Below are positions 9,465-19,568 of a stretch of DNA of 35,431 nt, one piece after another. The notes beneath the pieces are model-generated. The model saw only the letters and a list, made by a program, of their open reading frames with translations. It did no database searches and was not told where the DNA came from. How positions within the stretch are numbered: position 1 is the first letter of the stretch; every line of letters starts with the position of its first letter. This DNA comes from Patescibacteria group bacterium (GTDB lineage: Bacteria; Patescibacteriota; Minisyncoccia; UBA6257; MFKM01), in NCBI GenBank assembly GCA_038065115.1, contig JBBTRS010000007.1, positions 1 to 35,431 on the forward strand. The letters run 5' to 3'. The position numbers and the translations under genes were made by a program.

Positions 9465-10736
9465 TTAGAGTATCCCCTCGTATTCTCTGGTAACTAATTG
9501 AGAATCGACTTGTTTCATTGTTTCCAAGGCTACGGATACCACAATTAACAAAGCCGTTCCGCCGATAGTAAAAGCCGACATCCCCATAGCCAAGCGAGTG
9601 ATATTGGGCAGAATGGCTATCAACCCCAAGAAAAGAGCGCCGAAAAGAGTGATCCGTCTAACAATCTTACCGATAAACTCGCTGGTTGGCTGACCGGGCC
9701 GCAATCCGGGAACAAACCCGCCATTCTGTTGAAGATTCTTAGCAATTTCTTGAGGATCAAAAGTAATGGCTGTGTAAAAATAAGTGAAGACCACCACTAA
9801 AACAAAATAAATTGAACTGTAGATCAAAGCATTGTTAAGAAAATTCGTTACCAGGGAATTCAGCTTCAAAGAGAAATCAACGGAAAAAATTGAAACGGCT
9901 TGGGCGATAAATTGGGGAAAAAGCAAAACCGATATGGCAAAAATAATCGGAATAACGCCGGCTTGATTAGCTTTCAGAGGCAAATAACTTGACACGCCAC
10001 CATACATTTTCATTCCCCGCACTCGTTTAGCGTAAGAAACCGGGATTTTTCGTTCACCTTCATTAACAAAAATAACGCCGGCGATTACCACTATCGCCAA
10101 AATGGCAAAAATCACATAAGAAGGCAAAGTCGCCGGATTATAATTAGAAATTAAAGGACGGAGAGCGGCTGGCAAACCGCTAACGATTCCGGCAAAAATA
10201 ATCAAAGAAATGCCGTTGCCGATTTTATATTCACTGATTAATTCGCCAATCCACATCAAAAGAATCGAACCGGCCGTTATCACCAAAACATTGACAAGCA
10301 AATTAACGGAAGACAGTTGACTGATCGCTTTTTGGGATATTAGTAAATTTAAAAAACCATAAGCCTGCAAAACAGCCAAAGGTACCGTTAAATAACGGGA
10401 AAGACGATTAAATTTAGCTCGGCCAGCGGCTCCTTCTTCGTAATAAATCTCTTTCAGTTTAGGAAAAACGATCATTAATAATTGCAAAATAATGGTCGCG
10501 GTGATATACGGGCTCACTCCGAGCATCATGATAGACAAATTTGATAAAGCGCCGCCGGAAAAGATGTTCAAAAAATCAAAAAGTTGGTTGGAAGCGAAAA
10601 ATTCCCGCAATTTTATGGCATCAACCCCAGGAATGGGAATTACCGCCATCAATCTAAAAACAGCCAGTAAAAAAAGAACCATCAAAACTTTCCGGCGCAG
10701 GTCTTTGATCTCTAATATCTGAAGGATTTTATTCAT
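9465..10736 (-). CDS. secY: Preprotein translocase subunit SecY
   Basis: LGVSPYITATII, GNGISLIIF, AGVIPIIFA and PGLRPG motifs. Confidence 0.98.
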   Translation of the reverse strand: MNKILQILEIKDLRRKVLMVLFLLAVFRLMAVIPIPGVDAIKLREFFASNQLFDFLNIFSGGALSNLSIMMLGVSPYITATIILQLLMIVFPKLKEIYYEEGAAGRAKFNRLSRYLTVPLAVLQAYGFLNLLISQKAISQLSSVNLLVNVLVITAGSILLMWIGELISEYKIGNGISLIIFAGIVSGLPAALRPLISNYNPATLPSYVIFAILAIVVIAGVIFVNEGERKIPVSYAKRVRGMKMYGGVSSYLPLKANQAGVIPIIFAISVLLFPQFIAQAVSIFSVDFSLKLNSLVTNFLNNALIYSSIYFVLVVVFTYFYTAITFDPQEIAKNLQQNGGFVPGLRPGQPTSEFIGKIVRRITLFGALFLGLIAILPNITRLAMGMSAFTIGGTALLIVVSVALETMKQVDSQLVTREYEGIL

Positions 10737-10806
10737 AAATTAAGAAATGGTGTTTCTTTTTCTCGTTTTGGTCAAAACTCAAAAACTAGTTCGCTTAATT
10801 TAATGA

Positions 10807-11253
10807 TTAATGCGCGCTCGGCAAGGTTAAGCTTTTTACGCTCCCGCCAACGGCTTTAATTTTTTCTTCGGCTTTTTTAGATACTTCCAAACCCTCAATC
10901 TCCAAGATCTTTTTCAATTCTCCGCCGGATAAAATTTTAACCCGCTGGTTTAATGTTTTAATAAAACCTTTTTCCTGTAAAACTTTTTTATTAATCACCT
11001 GTTTGTTTTCAAACCGTTTCTCTAATTCTCTCATATTGATAATCAACGGTTTCAATCCCAAGGGCTTGTTTTTAAATCCCCGCCGTTTGGGTATCCTGAT
11101 AATCAAGTCTTGTTCAGCCGGACGAATTTTAGCGCCAGACCGCGATTTCTGCCCTTTTTGGCCCCGGCCGGAATAAGTGCCCCGCTTGCCGCCACGAGCA
11201 ATGCGTTTTTTGCCTTTAAGATCGTGAATGGGTTGTAATTGATGTAGTTGCAT
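10807..11253 (-). CDS. rplO: 50S ribosomal protein L15
   Basis: RGGKRGTYSGRGQKGQKSRSG and PKRRGF. Confidence 0.96.
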   Translation of the reverse strand: MQLHQLQPIHDLKGKKRIARGGKRGTYSGRGQKGQKSRSGAKIRPAEQDLIIRIPKRRGFKNKPLGLKPLIINMRELEKRFENKQVINKKVLQEKGFIKTLNQRVKILSGGELKKILEIEGLEVSKKAEEKIKAVGGSVKSLTLPSAH

Positions 11254-11261
11254 AATAAAAA

Positions 11262-11723
11262 TTAAATTGTGATTTTTTTCAATGCCTCTAAGGTCGCCAA
11301 GGCGTTGGTTAATTTATTGGAAGTTCGGCTTAAAATCTTAGCGGAAATATCTTTAACACCGGCTAATTCCAAAACAACCCGACAAGCGCCACCGGCGATT
11401 AAACCATGCCCGGCTTTGGCTGGTTTTAGGCGAATCCGAGCCGCGCCGTATTTCGCGTCAATTTCGTAATAAATAGTCCGATCGTCTTTTAGTTTTAAAA
11501 CGATTAAATTTTTTAAAGCGTCGCGTTTTCCTTTTTCAACGGCTTGGGCGACATCAGCTCCTTTAGCCAAACCAACGCCGACTCTTCCCTTTTCGTCGCC
11601 AATAACCACCGTAGCCCGAAAACGGAATCTTTTACCGCCGGCGACTACCCGCGTTACGCGCCGAATATCCAAAACCTTTTCGGTAAATTCTGACTTGCCA
11701 GCTCTATTGAAATTCTTAAGCAT
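11262..11723 (-). CDS. rpsE: 30S ribosomal protein S5
   Basis: RVTRVVAGGKRFRFRATVVIGD and GLIAGG. Confidence 0.97.
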   Translation of the reverse strand: MLKNFNRAGKSEFTEKVLDIRRVTRVVAGGKRFRFRATVVIGDEKGRVGVGLAKGADVAQAVEKGKRDALKNLIVLKLKDDRTIYYEIDAKYGAARIRLKPAKAGHGLIAGGACRVVLELAGVKDISAKILSRTSNKLTNALATLEALKKITI

Positions 11724-11732
11724 AATAAAAGA

Positions 11733-12080
11733 TTATAATTGCAATCCGCTTTCTTTAAAAGCCTCGGCTAAGGCTTTCACCCGACCGTGATACTGATAAG
11801 CGCCTCGGTCAAAAATCGCTGTTTTTATTCCTTTCTCTTTCGCTTTTTGGGCAATCAACAATCCCACGGCTTTAGCTTTAACCTTTTTATCACCGGTTGC
11901 TTCAACCTCTTTGGTGGAAACCGATGCCAGTGTCCGGCCGTTTACATCATCAATCAATTGAGCGTAAATAAAGCGGTTGCTTCGAAAAACGCTAAGCCGC
12001 GGCCGTTCCGCCGTGCCGCGAATTCTGGCCCTTGTCCGTTTTTTTCTTGTTTCTCTAATTTGATGTATTGATTTTTTCAT
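11733..12080 (-). CDS. rplR: 50S ribosomal protein L18
   Basis: [10 protein letters not shown] and [16 protein letters not shown]. Confidence 0.97.
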   Translation of the reverse strand: MKKSIHQIRETRKKRTRARIRGTAERPRLSVFRSNRFIYAQLIDDVNGRTLASVSTKEVEATGDKKVKAKAVGLLIAQKAKEKGIKTAIFDRGAYQYHGRVKALAEAFKESGLQL

Positions 12081-12082
12081 AA

Positions 12083-12646
12083 TTATTTAGCGCCGGCGCC
12101 TCCAGCCGCAGTTTCTACTTTCTTGCCGGTTTTTTTCTTAATAACCTCGCCCTGATATCTAATGCCTTTTCCTTTATAGGGTTCTGGTTTTTTAAGTTCC
12201 CTGATTTCAGCCGCGACCTTGCCCACCAAAATCTTATTGAATCCTAAAACCTTGATAATGTTTTTTGAAATTTCAGTTTTGATTCCGACCGGCACCGGAA
12301 ACCGGATAAGATGAGAAAAACCCAATTTAAATACCAAACATTCACCATCTTTTTCAACCCTGAAACCGATACCTTCAATTTCCAAAACCTTAACAAATCC
12401 CTGCGAAAGGCCAATAACGGCATTATTCGCCAATGCCCTTGTTGTTCCCCAATTAGTCCGGCTTTGCCGATTTTTTTTCTCAATCGTGAAAGATAAAGTT
12501 TTATCGGAAACAGAAGCCAAAACCCCGGGCAAAATTTTTAAATTAAGAATTTCGCCTTTGGCGTTTTGAAAATCCAGACAGCCATCTTTGATTTCAACCT
12601 TTATCCCTTCGGGGATGATAATTATTTTTTTACCAATTTTGGACAT
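12083..12646 (-). CDS. rplF: 50S ribosomal protein L6
   Basis: MSKIGKK start (ATG at 12646) and [11 protein letters not shown]. Confidence 0.96.
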   Translation of the reverse strand: MSKIGKKIIIIPEGIKVEIKDGCLDFQNAKGEILNLKILPGVLASVSDKTLSFTIEKKNRQSRTNWGTTRALANNAVIGLSQGFVKVLEIEGIGFRVEKDGECLVFKLGFSHLIRFPVPVGIKTEISKNIIKVLGFNKILVGKVAAEIRELKKPEPYKGKGIRYQGEVIKKKTGKKVETAAGGAGAK

Positions 12647-12665
12647 ATTTATATATTCGTATAAA

Positions 12666-13037
12666 TTACCATATCTCAAAAAGCACTTGACCGCCTAATT
12701 TTTGTTTTCGAGCCTCTTTATCGCTCATAATTCCTTTAGGGGTGGAAATTACCCCCGCGCCGTAACCGCTCTTCACCCACTTAATGTCTTTGCATCCGGA
12801 ATAAATTCTTCTAGACGGCCGACTGATAAATTTTATGCCCTTAATCACTTTTTCGTCTTTAAGGTCTATTTCAATCACGCGCTTAGCCAATTTCCCCTTA
12901 ACTTCAACATTTTTCAAATAACCTTGATTCAAAAGAAGCTCCGCGATCGCTAAATCCATTTTAGCAAAAGGGGTTTTTAGGGATTTTTTTTCAGCTTCTT
13001 GGGCGTTTTTTATTTTAATTAATAAATTGATATACAT
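12666..13037 (-). CDS. rpsH: 30S ribosomal protein S8
   Basis: ISRPSRRIY, ISTPKGIM and GGQVLFEIW. Confidence 0.96.
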   Translation of the reverse strand: MYINLLIKIKNAQEAEKKSLKTPFAKMDLAIAELLLNQGYLKNVEVKGKLAKRVIEIDLKDEKVIKGIKFISRPSRRIYSGCKDIKWVKSGYGAGVISTPKGIMSDKEARKQKLGGQVLFEIW

Positions 13038-13107
13038 AAATTCTATTTCGCTAATTTCACTAATCTACCACAGATATCCATAAATCACGAATTTTAAATT
13101 AAGCCCC

Positions 13108-13293
13108 TTACCAGCTCGCTTTTTTAATTCCCGGAATTTGACCTTTGTTCGCCAATTCTCTAAAACATATTCGACAAAGAGCAAAATCCCTCATATAGCC
13201 TCTCTTTCGACCGCAACGAAAACAACGCCGAACAATCCGGGTGCTATATTTTGGAGTTTTTTGGGCTCTAGCTATAACTGATTTTTTGGCCAT
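13108..13293 (-). CDS. rpsN: 30S ribosomal protein S14 (zinc-binding type Z)
   Basis: 61 aa with RCFRCGR...[10 protein letters not shown]. Confidence 0.97.
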   Translation of the reverse strand: MAKKSVIARAQKTPKYSTRIVRRCFRCGRKRGYMRDFALCRICFRELANKGQIPGIKKASW

Positions 13294-13295
13294 AT

Positions 13296-13793
13296 TTATA
13301 TTTTAAATTTTAACGGGACGCCTAATTCTTTATACAATTCAATCGCTTTTTCCCTGTTTTTGGTCTTGGTGACGATGGTTACTTCCAATCCGAAATCAAC
13401 CTTGGTGCTGTCGGCGTCAATTTCCGGAAAAACCAACTGATCTTCAATGCCCACCGAAAGATTGCCGGAAGAATCAACGCTCTTTAATTCCAAGCCCCGA
13501 AAATCTTTAATGCGAGGCAACACCACATTAACAAAACGGCTGAAAAAATCAAACATTCTCTTGCCCCGAAGCGTAACCTTCAAACCGATAATATCTCCTA
13601 TTCTCGTTTTAAAACCGGCGATAGCTTTTTTAGTTGGCCGGCTGATGGGTTTCTGGCCGGTAATCAAAGACACCTCCTGGACAATTTCCGGAAATATCTT
13701 TTCTTCAAACTGCCCTCGCTGTCTCAACTTGCCCACTCCAACATTAACCACTATTTTTTCTATACTGGTTGTTATTAAATTCGGCTTTGGCAT
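13296..13793 (-). CDS. rplE: 50S ribosomal protein L5
   Basis: [26 protein letters not shown] and LPRIKDFRG. Short N-terminus, start uncertain (ATG 13793 or TTG 13802), overlapping the end of rplX. Confidence 0.94.
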   Translation of the reverse strand: MPKPNLITTSIEKIVVNVGVGKLRQRGQFEEKIFPEIVQEVSLITGQKPISRPTKKAIAGFKTRIGDIIGLKVTLRGKRMFDFFSRFVNVVLPRIKDFRGLELKSVDSSGNLSVGIEDQLVFPEIDADSTKVDFGLEVTIVTKTKNREKAIELYKELGVPLKFKI

Positions 13794-14080
13794 TTTTTGC
13801 AATATCTAAATTTAATATTTTTTTCAAAGCGATGCCCGACTCTGGTTGCTTGCTTACAACTGGGACAAACAAGCATCAAATTAGAAACATCTATCGGCCG
13901 GCTAATTTTAACGACTTCGCCTTTTTCGCCTTGTTTCTTGGGACGCATATGTTTTTTGTAGAGATTCAGTCCGTCGGCAATTAATTTCCGCGATTTCAAA
14001 TCAACCTTAAGCACCTTGCCGGTTTTGCCCCGATCCTTGCCTTTCAATATTTTTACTACGTCGTTTTTATGTATTTTCAT
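13775..14080 (-). CDS. rplX: 50S ribosomal protein L24
   Basis: GKDRGKTGKV KOW motif and C-terminal CxxC...CxxC. Confidence 0.96.
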   Translation of the reverse strand: MKIHKNDVVKILKGKDRGKTGKVLKVDLKSRKLIADGLNLYKKHMRPKKQGEKGEVVKISRPIDVSNLMLVCPSCKQATRVGHRFEKNIKFRYCKKCQSRI

Positions 14081-14139
14081 ATTTATATATTCACCTTTTC
14101 ATCTGCCAGTAAACAGATAAAAATTCATATTCCGTAAAA

Positions 14140-14508
14140 TTAGACAACTTCCTCGGCCATAGTTATGATTTTTTCAAAACCTTTTTCTTTTAATTCTTGG
14201 GGAATTGGACCGAAAATTCTGGTTCCCCGAGGCTCTTTCTTGTCGTCAATCAAGATAGCGGCGTTTTCGTCAAAACGGATGTAAGAACCATCAAGCCGCC
14301 GCAATGGCTGGCATTGTCTGGCGATAACCGCTTTCACCACATCCTTCTTTTTCACTCCCTTTCTGGGTTCGGCCGTTCTTACTGAAGCGATAATGATATC
14401 GCCAACCCTGGCATAGCGCCTTCCGGTCCCGCCTAAAACCCTGAAGCATCGAATAATCTTTGCTCCGGAATTGTCAGCTACTTTTAATATTGTTCGTTCT
14501 TGAATCAT
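14140..14508 (-). CDS. rplN: 50S ribosomal protein L14
   Basis: [26 protein letters not shown] and GTRIFGP. Confidence 0.98.
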   Translation of the reverse strand: MIQERTILKVADNSGAKIIRCFRVLGGTGRRYARVGDIIIASVRTAEPRKGVKKKDVVKAVIARQCQPLRRLDGSYIRFDENAAILIDDKKEPRGTRIFGPIPQELKEKGFEKIITMAEEVV

Positions 14509-14509
14509 A

Positions 14510-14645
14510 CCCAGTAGTAGAAACTCGATAATTATTTGTAATAATTTAACCTTTTATTGATAATCATTGTTTTGTTTGATTGCCAGGCTTTTAGTTTAAA
14601 CTCTTTGTTCGCCTTTGGCGAACTAATCGAGTTTTCACTACTGGG
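14510..14645. mobile_element. MITE-like inverted-repeat element at the rplN start codon
   Basis: Ends CCCAGTAGTAGAAACTCGAT and ATCGAGTTTTCACTACTGGG. Flanked by CATA on both sides (TATG on the coding strand). Same ends as 24388-24534. Confidence 0.75.
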
Positions 14646-14691
14646 CATATATTTTAATATCTAAAGAAATAAAAACTGAAGTTTGTTCATT

Positions 14692-14934
14692 CTACTTTTT
14701 ATCCGATATTTTTTCAACTATTCTGTGTCGCTTCTCTTTTGACAGCGGCTGGCATTCCTCAATCACGACTTCTTCTCCTGTTTTGTATTCATTCTTTTCG
14801 TCATGAGCTTTAAATCTTTTGGTTACTTTATAATATTTCCGATACTTCGGGTGCAACTTCAATCTCGTCACGGCCACTATCCGTGTTTTGGTCATTTTGT
14901 CTGAAACTATTTTTCCTTTTAATCTTCTGGCCAT
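14692..14934 (-). CDS. rpsQ: 30S ribosomal protein S17
   Basis: G.IVSDKMTKT, HPKY.KY, AHDE and PLSKEK. Confidence 0.96.
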   Translation of the reverse strand: MARRLKGKIVSDKMTKTRIVAVTRLKLHPKYRKYYKVTKRFKAHDEKNEYKTGEEVVIEECQPLSKEKRHRIVEKISDKK

Positions 14935-14940
14935 AAATTT

Positions 14941-14975
14941 TAGAATTTAGAATCTAGAAAATAGAATTTAGAATT
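14941..14975. repeat. Heptamer tandem array (TAGAATY)x5 just upstream of rpsQ
   Basis: tagaatt tagaatc tagaaaa tagaatt tagaatt. Confidence 0.8.
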
Positions 14976-14998
14976 TTGTTTATTCTACTTTCCATTTT

Positions 14999-15202
14999 CT
15001 ACTTTTTATTTTCTTTATTATTTATAATAGTTAAAATTCGGGCAATTGTTTTTTTTACCTCTTGGATTTCTCTAATATTCTTGACTTTGCCGGCGGCCAA
15101 ATCAAATTTCAAAATCCTAAAACGCTCCTGGTGCCCAACCAAATCTTTCTGAAGTTCGGCAACCGATTTATTTTTGGCTTCTTGAAAATTCTTTTTTTTC
15201 AT
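14999..15202 (-). CDS. rpmC: 50S ribosomal protein L29
   Basis: LKFDLAAGKVKN.REI..VKKTIARILT and its position in the operon. Confidence 0.93.
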   Translation of the reverse strand: MKKKNFQEAKNKSVAELQKDLVGHQERFRILKFDLAAGKVKNIREIQEVKKTIARILTIINNKENKK

Positions 15203-15230
15203 ATTATATACTTATTTTTTGTCCTGGCAA

Positions 15231-15644
15231 TTATTCTTTACTGACTATCCTTGATCTTAATGGCAATTTTCGACTCCCCATATTCAAGGCGTGCTGGGCA
15301 ACGGCCGTTTCCACGCCGTCCACTTCAAATATAATCCGGCCGGGTTTAACGGGAAAAACATAATGATCAACTTCTCCTTTGCCACCGCCGAGGGTAACTT
15401 CCGGAGGCATTTTTGTAATCGGCTTGTCAGGAAAAACTCTAATCCAAATTCTGCCGCGATTTTTTAGAGAATGACTGATGGTTTTGCGAACGGCTTCAAT
15501 CTGGCGGCCGGTTATCCAATACGGAGTCAAGGCCTGTATTCCAAAACTGCCGAAAGCTAATTTAGTGCCTCTGGTTTCCGTTAACCTTTTCCGTGAACGG
15601 CCTTTATGCCATTTTCGATGTTTTACTTTTTTTGGTTCAAACAT
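15231..15644 (-). CDS. rplP: 50S ribosomal protein L16
   Basis: PKKVKHRK, WIRVFPDKPIT and GGGKG. Confidence 0.97.
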   Translation of the reverse strand: MFEPKKVKHRKWHKGRSRKRLTETRGTKLAFGSFGIQALTPYWITGRQIEAVRKTISHSLKNRGRIWIRVFPDKPITKMPPEVTLGGGKGEVDHYVFPVKPGRIIFEVDGVETAVAQHALNMGSRKLPLRSRIVSKE

Positions 15645-15655
15645 GGTTTTGAAAT

Positions 15656-16351
15656 TTAATTTATTCTACTCTCTCGGCTTTTTATTTTCTCGCCAAAGAC
15701 GTCTCCTTTATAAATCCAGGTTTTGACGCCAATAGTTCCAAAAGTCGTGAAAGCGGTGGCTTCGCCGTAATCAATATCAGCCCTGAGGTTGGTTAACGGC
15801 ATACGGCCTTTAGCCAGCCATTCTTTTCTGGCAATTTCCGCTCCATCCAACCGACCCGCCAAACGAATCTTGGCCCCTTTAATTGTTTTATTTTGCGAAA
15901 TAGCGTCAAGGTGTTGCTTCATAACTCTTCGGAAACGCAATCTTCTTTCCAGATCAAAAGCGATATTTTGAGCCTCCACTTGAGCCGAGGTTTCGCTTCG
16001 TTTCAATTCTTCAATGTCAAGATTTAATTCCGGAATTTCCTTATTTTTTTTCCGACTCCGAAAAACCGTCATTACCATTTCAATCGCTTTCTTGAGATCT
16101 TCAACGCCTTTTCCCCCGCGGCCGATAATCAATCCCGGACGGGCGGCTTTAATAAAAATCTTGCAAGAATTTCCCGTTCGCTCAATTTCAATACTGGCTA
16201 TTCCGGCCTTGATGATTCTTTTTAAAATTTCTTGTCTTATCAAATAATCTTCTTCCAAAAGATAATTCAAGCTTCTTTTCAGAAACCAACGGTTCTGCCA
16301 ATTTTTAATTATGCCTAATCTAAAAGAATCCGGTCTGATTTTTCGGGCCAT
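15656..16351 (-). CDS. rpsC: 30S ribosomal protein S3
   Basis: ARPGLIIGRGG and GRLDGAEIAR..W...GRMPLTNLRADIDY. Confidence 0.97.
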   Translation of the reverse strand: MARKIRPDSFRLGIIKNWQNRWFLKRSLNYLLEEDYLIRQEILKRIIKAGIASIEIERTGNSCKIFIKAARPGLIIGRGGKGVEDLKKAIEMVMTVFRSRKKNKEIPELNLDIEELKRSETSAQVEAQNIAFDLERRLRFRRVMKQHLDAISQNKTIKGAKIRLAGRLDGAEIARKEWLAKGRMPLTNLRADIDYGEATAFTTFGTIGVKTWIYKGDVFGEKIKSRESRIN

Positions 16352-16422
16352 ATTGTAAATTAAAATTTAAAAATTATTATTTTTTGGTTAATGCTTGAAT
16401 TTTTCATTTTGATTTTTGTTGC

Positions 16423-16968
16423 TTAAATTGCTTTTCTTCTAAAAATTCGTTTAAAGGATTCAAATTTCTTTGGTTTCATTTCTCTGGTTTTTTCTTCTTT
16501 CGCCGGTTTCAAACCCTCTATTTTGTTTATTTCGTCTTTTCTTTTCGCCGATTTTTCCTGCTTGCCGGCAGGCGCGGCTTTTTTAAGTTTTTTCGGTTTG
16601 GGAATAAATTTAAATCTCAACGGAATTTTATTTTCTGATTCCGCTAAAACCATGATAATGTGGCAGCATTTTTTTTCAATCAGGCTGGATGAGCCGCGGG
16701 CTCTGGTCCGAAAACGTTTTTGACGAGGTCCTATATCCACTCTGATATTTTTTACCAAAAGCTGGTCGGTGTCTATTTTTTGATTATTTTTAGCGTTAGC
16801 CATAGCCGACCGCAATAATTTTAAAATTGGTTTGCTGGCCCGATTTGGCAAAATCGAAAGCTGGGCCTCCGCTTCGTTGGCCGGTAAACCCTTGATTAAA
16901 TCAGCCACTAATCTTGTTTTTCGCGGACTGATTTTTAAATATTTTAATTTTGCTGTTTGAGTTTTCAT
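16423..16968 (-). CDS. rplV: 50S ribosomal protein L22 with ~70-aa Lys-rich C-terminal extension
   Basis: ISPRKTRLVADLIKG, SAMANAKNN and RARG. The tail ends FRRKAI. Confidence 0.95.
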   Translation of the reverse strand: MKTQTAKLKYLKISPRKTRLVADLIKGLPANEAEAQLSILPNRASKPILKLLRSAMANAKNNQKIDTDQLLVKNIRVDIGPRQKRFRTRARGSSSLIEKKCCHIIMVLAESENKIPLRFKFIPKPKKLKKAAPAGKQEKSAKRKDEINKIEGLKPAKEEKTREMKPKKFESFKRIFRRKAI

Positions 16969-16985
16969 AATTACCGCTTAAATGC

Positions 16986-17312
16986 TTATTTGCCGGCTGG
17001 CGCCTTGGCCTGCCCCTGCTGGGTCGTTTCTTTCTTTTGCTCTAATTCTCTTTGGATTTTGCCGCCATGCTTAACAAATTTTCTGGTCAGCGAAAATTCA
17101 CCCAACCGATGACCAACCATTTCATCGGAAACTCTTACTGTTATGAAATTTTTACCATTATAAACGCCAAAAGTATAGCCTACCATTTCCGGTGAAATTT
17201 CAGAGTCCCTGGCCCAGGTTTTAATCATCGTCGGATCGCCCGGCTTTAACTTAGCTATTTTTTGTAAAAGCTTCTGATAAACATACGGGCCTTTTTTGCT
17301 ACTTCTTGACAT
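16986..17312 (-). CDS. rpsS: 30S ribosomal protein S19
   Basis: [11 protein letters not shown] and [13 protein letters not shown]. Confidence 0.97.
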   Translation of the reverse strand: MSRSSKKGPYVYQKLLQKIAKLKPGDPTMIKTWARDSEISPEMVGYTFGVYNGKNFITVRVSDEMVGHRLGEFSLTRKFVKHGGKIQRELEQKKETTQQGQAKAPAGK

Positions 17313-17354
17313 ATTTTTTTTAGAATCTAATTTAGAAAAATAAAATCCTTAATT

Positions 17355-18092
17355 CTATTTTCTTCGTTTTATTATTAATTTATTTGACCATTTCTTTTTA
17401 TTTCGTGTTCTGTGGCCACCGGTGATTTTGCCCCATTTGGTTTTGGGCCGGCGGGTGCCTCGGGGCTGGCGGCCTTCACCGCCGCCGTAAGGATGATCGC
17501 GGGGATTCATAGCCGTACCGCGAACAGTTGGTCTGATTCCCAGCCAACGCGAACGACCGGCTTTCCCAATTACTTCTAAATTATGCTCGGGGTAAGAAAC
17601 CCGGCCAAGAGAAGCGTAGCCGTTCCATAAAACTTTCCTGATTTCTCCGGAAGCTAATTTTAAATGAGTGTAGCCGTCTTCATTAGCCAAAACCTGAACA
17701 GCTAAGCCCGCGGAACGGGCTAACTGGCCGCCCTTACCCGGAAACAATTCAATGTTATAAACGAAACTGCCTATTGGAATACGATTCAATAAAGTGCGAT
17801 TTCCCGGCTTTAAGGGAGCGTCCACCGAAGTGATAATTTCATCACCCGTTTTTATTTCATGCGAAGCTAAAATATAACGCCGTTCGCCGTCCTTGTAAAC
17901 AACCTTGGCGATTAAACCGCTGCGGTAAGGATCGTATTCTATTGATTCAACCCGGCCGGTAATATTAAATTTATTTTGCTTAAAATCAACCAGGCGGTAC
18001 AACTGTTTGTGTCCGCCGCCTTGGTGTCGAACCGTTATCCTCCCTTGGGAATTTCTTCCTGACGACTTTTTTAATTTTATGATGTGTTTCAT
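17355..18092 (-). CDS. rplB: 50S ribosomal protein L2 (N-terminally short)
   Basis: [26 protein letters not shown] and [17 protein letters not shown]. Confidence 0.97.
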   Translation of the reverse strand: MKHIIKLKKSSGRNSQGRITVRHQGGGHKQLYRLVDFKQNKFNITGRVESIEYDPYRSGLIAKVVYKDGERRYILASHEIKTGDEIITSVDAPLKPGNRTLLNRIPIGSFVYNIELFPGKGGQLARSAGLAVQVLANEDGYTHLKLASGEIRKVLWNGYASLGRVSYPEHNLEVIGKAGRSRWLGIRPTVRGTAMNPRDHPYGGGEGRQPRGTRRPKTKWGKITGGHRTRNKKKWSNKLIIKRRK

Positions 18093-18102
18093 AAGCTACG
18101 AT

Positions 18103-18378
18103 TTATTTTGGCAAAACATCAATTGTTTGTCCTTTTTTTATAGTAACGATGGCCCTTTTAGAAGATGGGCGGCGACTGACACCGCGACCAAATTTTTTCA
18201 TTTTTCCCCTACGGTTTATGACATTGACCGATTCCACGTTGACTTTATATATGGATTCCACTCCTTTCTTGATTTCACAGGTGTTAGCCTGGCGATCAAC
18301 CAAAAAAGCGTATTTATTGATTTTACTCAATTCCATCGTCTTCTCGCTAATTATTGGTTTTTTGATTGTCATTTTCAT
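18103..18378 (-). CDS. rplW: 50S ribosomal protein L23
   Basis: IKKPIISEK, KY.F.V and KRAIVT. Confidence 0.95.
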   Translation of the reverse strand: MKMTIKKPIISEKTMELSKINKYAFLVDRQANTCEIKKGVESIYKVNVESVNVINRRGKMKKFGRGVSRRPSSKRAIVTIKKGQTIDVLPK

Positions 18379-19004
18379 ACCTTGTAGTGCTTGATTATTG
18401 TTTCAATGGCTTCCTGGTCTAAAATAATCTTTTGATATTTTAACAAATCGTAAACATTAAGCGACTCCGGGCTTAAAGCGCCGGCCTTGGCTAAATTACG
18501 AGCCGCCAAATAAATATTTTTATTTTCTTTAGCCGGAATCAACAAAAGGCTTTCTTTCGGCGAAATAAAATTTTTTATTAAATTAGCTAAATTTTTGGTT
18601 TTGCGGTCTTCTAATTTAAGAGTGTCTACGATTTTTATTTCCTGTTCATTTAGTTTTTTTGAAAAAATGCCAAAAATCGCCAATTGTTTCATTTTTTTGT
18701 TAATCTTTCTGGAAAAATTCCTTTCTTTCAGCGGACCAAAAGTGACGCCGCCACCTTTCCACAAAGGCGAGCGAATAGAACCGTGCCGCGCTCGGCCGGT
18801 GCCTTTTTGCCGCCACGGTTTTTTACCGCCACCCCTGACTTCGCCCCGGTCTTTGGTGTCGGCTAAAACTTTTCTCCGATTAGCCATCTGAACGGTCAAC
18901 GCTTGATGAACTAAATCCGGATTCCATTTAACGTCAAAAATAGCGTCGGGTAAATCTATCGTTCCGGTTTTTTCGTTTTTTTGATTAAATAAATCTGTTT
19001 TCAT
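18375..19004 (-). CDS. rplD: 50S ribosomal protein L4
   Basis: GGGKKPWRQKGTGRARHGSIRSPLWKGGG. Confidence 0.98.
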   Translation of the reverse strand: MKTDLFNQKNEKTGTIDLPDAIFDVKWNPDLVHQALTVQMANRRKVLADTKDRGEVRGGGKKPWRQKGTGRARHGSIRSPLWKGGGVTFGPLKERNFSRKINKKMKQLAIFGIFSKKLNEQEIKIVDTLKLEDRKTKNLANLIKNFISPKESLLLIPAKENKNIYLAARNLAKAGALSPESLNVYDLLKYQKIILDQEAIETIIKHYKV

Positions 19005-19014
19005 GAATTTAAAA

Positions 19015-19461
19015 CTATGATTTTTCGCCAGAAATTGATTTATTATTAACGGGGTAAATTAAAATTTTAGTGTTTTTATAGCCCGGCACGGCTCCTTTGA
19101 GCATTAAAATAGTATTTTCTTTATCCAAAGCAACCACTCTAAGATTTTTTACGGTTTTTTGGCGGCCACCGGTTTGACCGGCCATTTTCCGGCCTTTTAA
19201 AACTCGTTGCGGCGCGGTTGGCCCGCTTGAACCCGGCGCCCGCAGGCGGTGTTTTTGCCCGTGGCTTTTGGGCCCGCCGTGAAAACCCCAGCGTTTAACC
19301 ACGCCTTGAAATCCTATGCCCCGGGTCACTCCGGTTATTTTAACCAACTCGCCTTCGGTGAAAACCGAAACATCGGCAACTTTAATAGGAGTAACCGCGA
19401 CGACTTTCCCGTCTTTGAAAATCTGACTCATTTTTAATTTTGTACCGGAAATTGGTATCAT
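19015..19461 (-). CDS. rplC: 50S ribosomal protein L3 (internally shortened, 148 aa)
   Basis: GTKLKMSQIF...VTPI, GFQGVVKRWGF.GGPKSHG...RAPGS and KGAVPG. Confidence 0.93.
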   Translation of the reverse strand: MIPISGTKLKMSQIFKDGKVVAVTPIKVADVSVFTEGELVKITGVTRGIGFQGVVKRWGFHGGPKSHGQKHRLRAPGSSGPTAPQRVLKGRKMAGQTGGRQKTVKNLRVVALDKENTILMLKGAVPGYKNTKILIYPVNNKSISGEKS

Positions 19462-19494
19462 ATAAACTTATTTTATTTGTTGCAATTTATTATA

Positions 19495-19533
19495 AATTAA
19501 AACTGCCTAGGTTTAGCCTCGGCAGTTTTAATT
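19495..19533 (-). terminator. Long hairpin, possible terminator, between rpsJ and rplC
   Basis: AATTAAAACTGCC...GGCAGTTTTAATT, a 13-bp perfect outer stem. Confidence 0.5.
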
Positions 19534-19568
19534 ATTTTTTGGCTAAATCTGCTTTCTTTCGCTAGATA

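Noticed and set aside
11253-11262. Absence of rpmD (L30) as a novelty
   Set aside because: A known CPR trait, used only as a taxonomic clue.
18375-18378. Stop-codon reassignment (code 25)
   Set aside because: TGA ends rplD and the ComEC-like gene at the expected positions, and conserved genes translate without internal stops.
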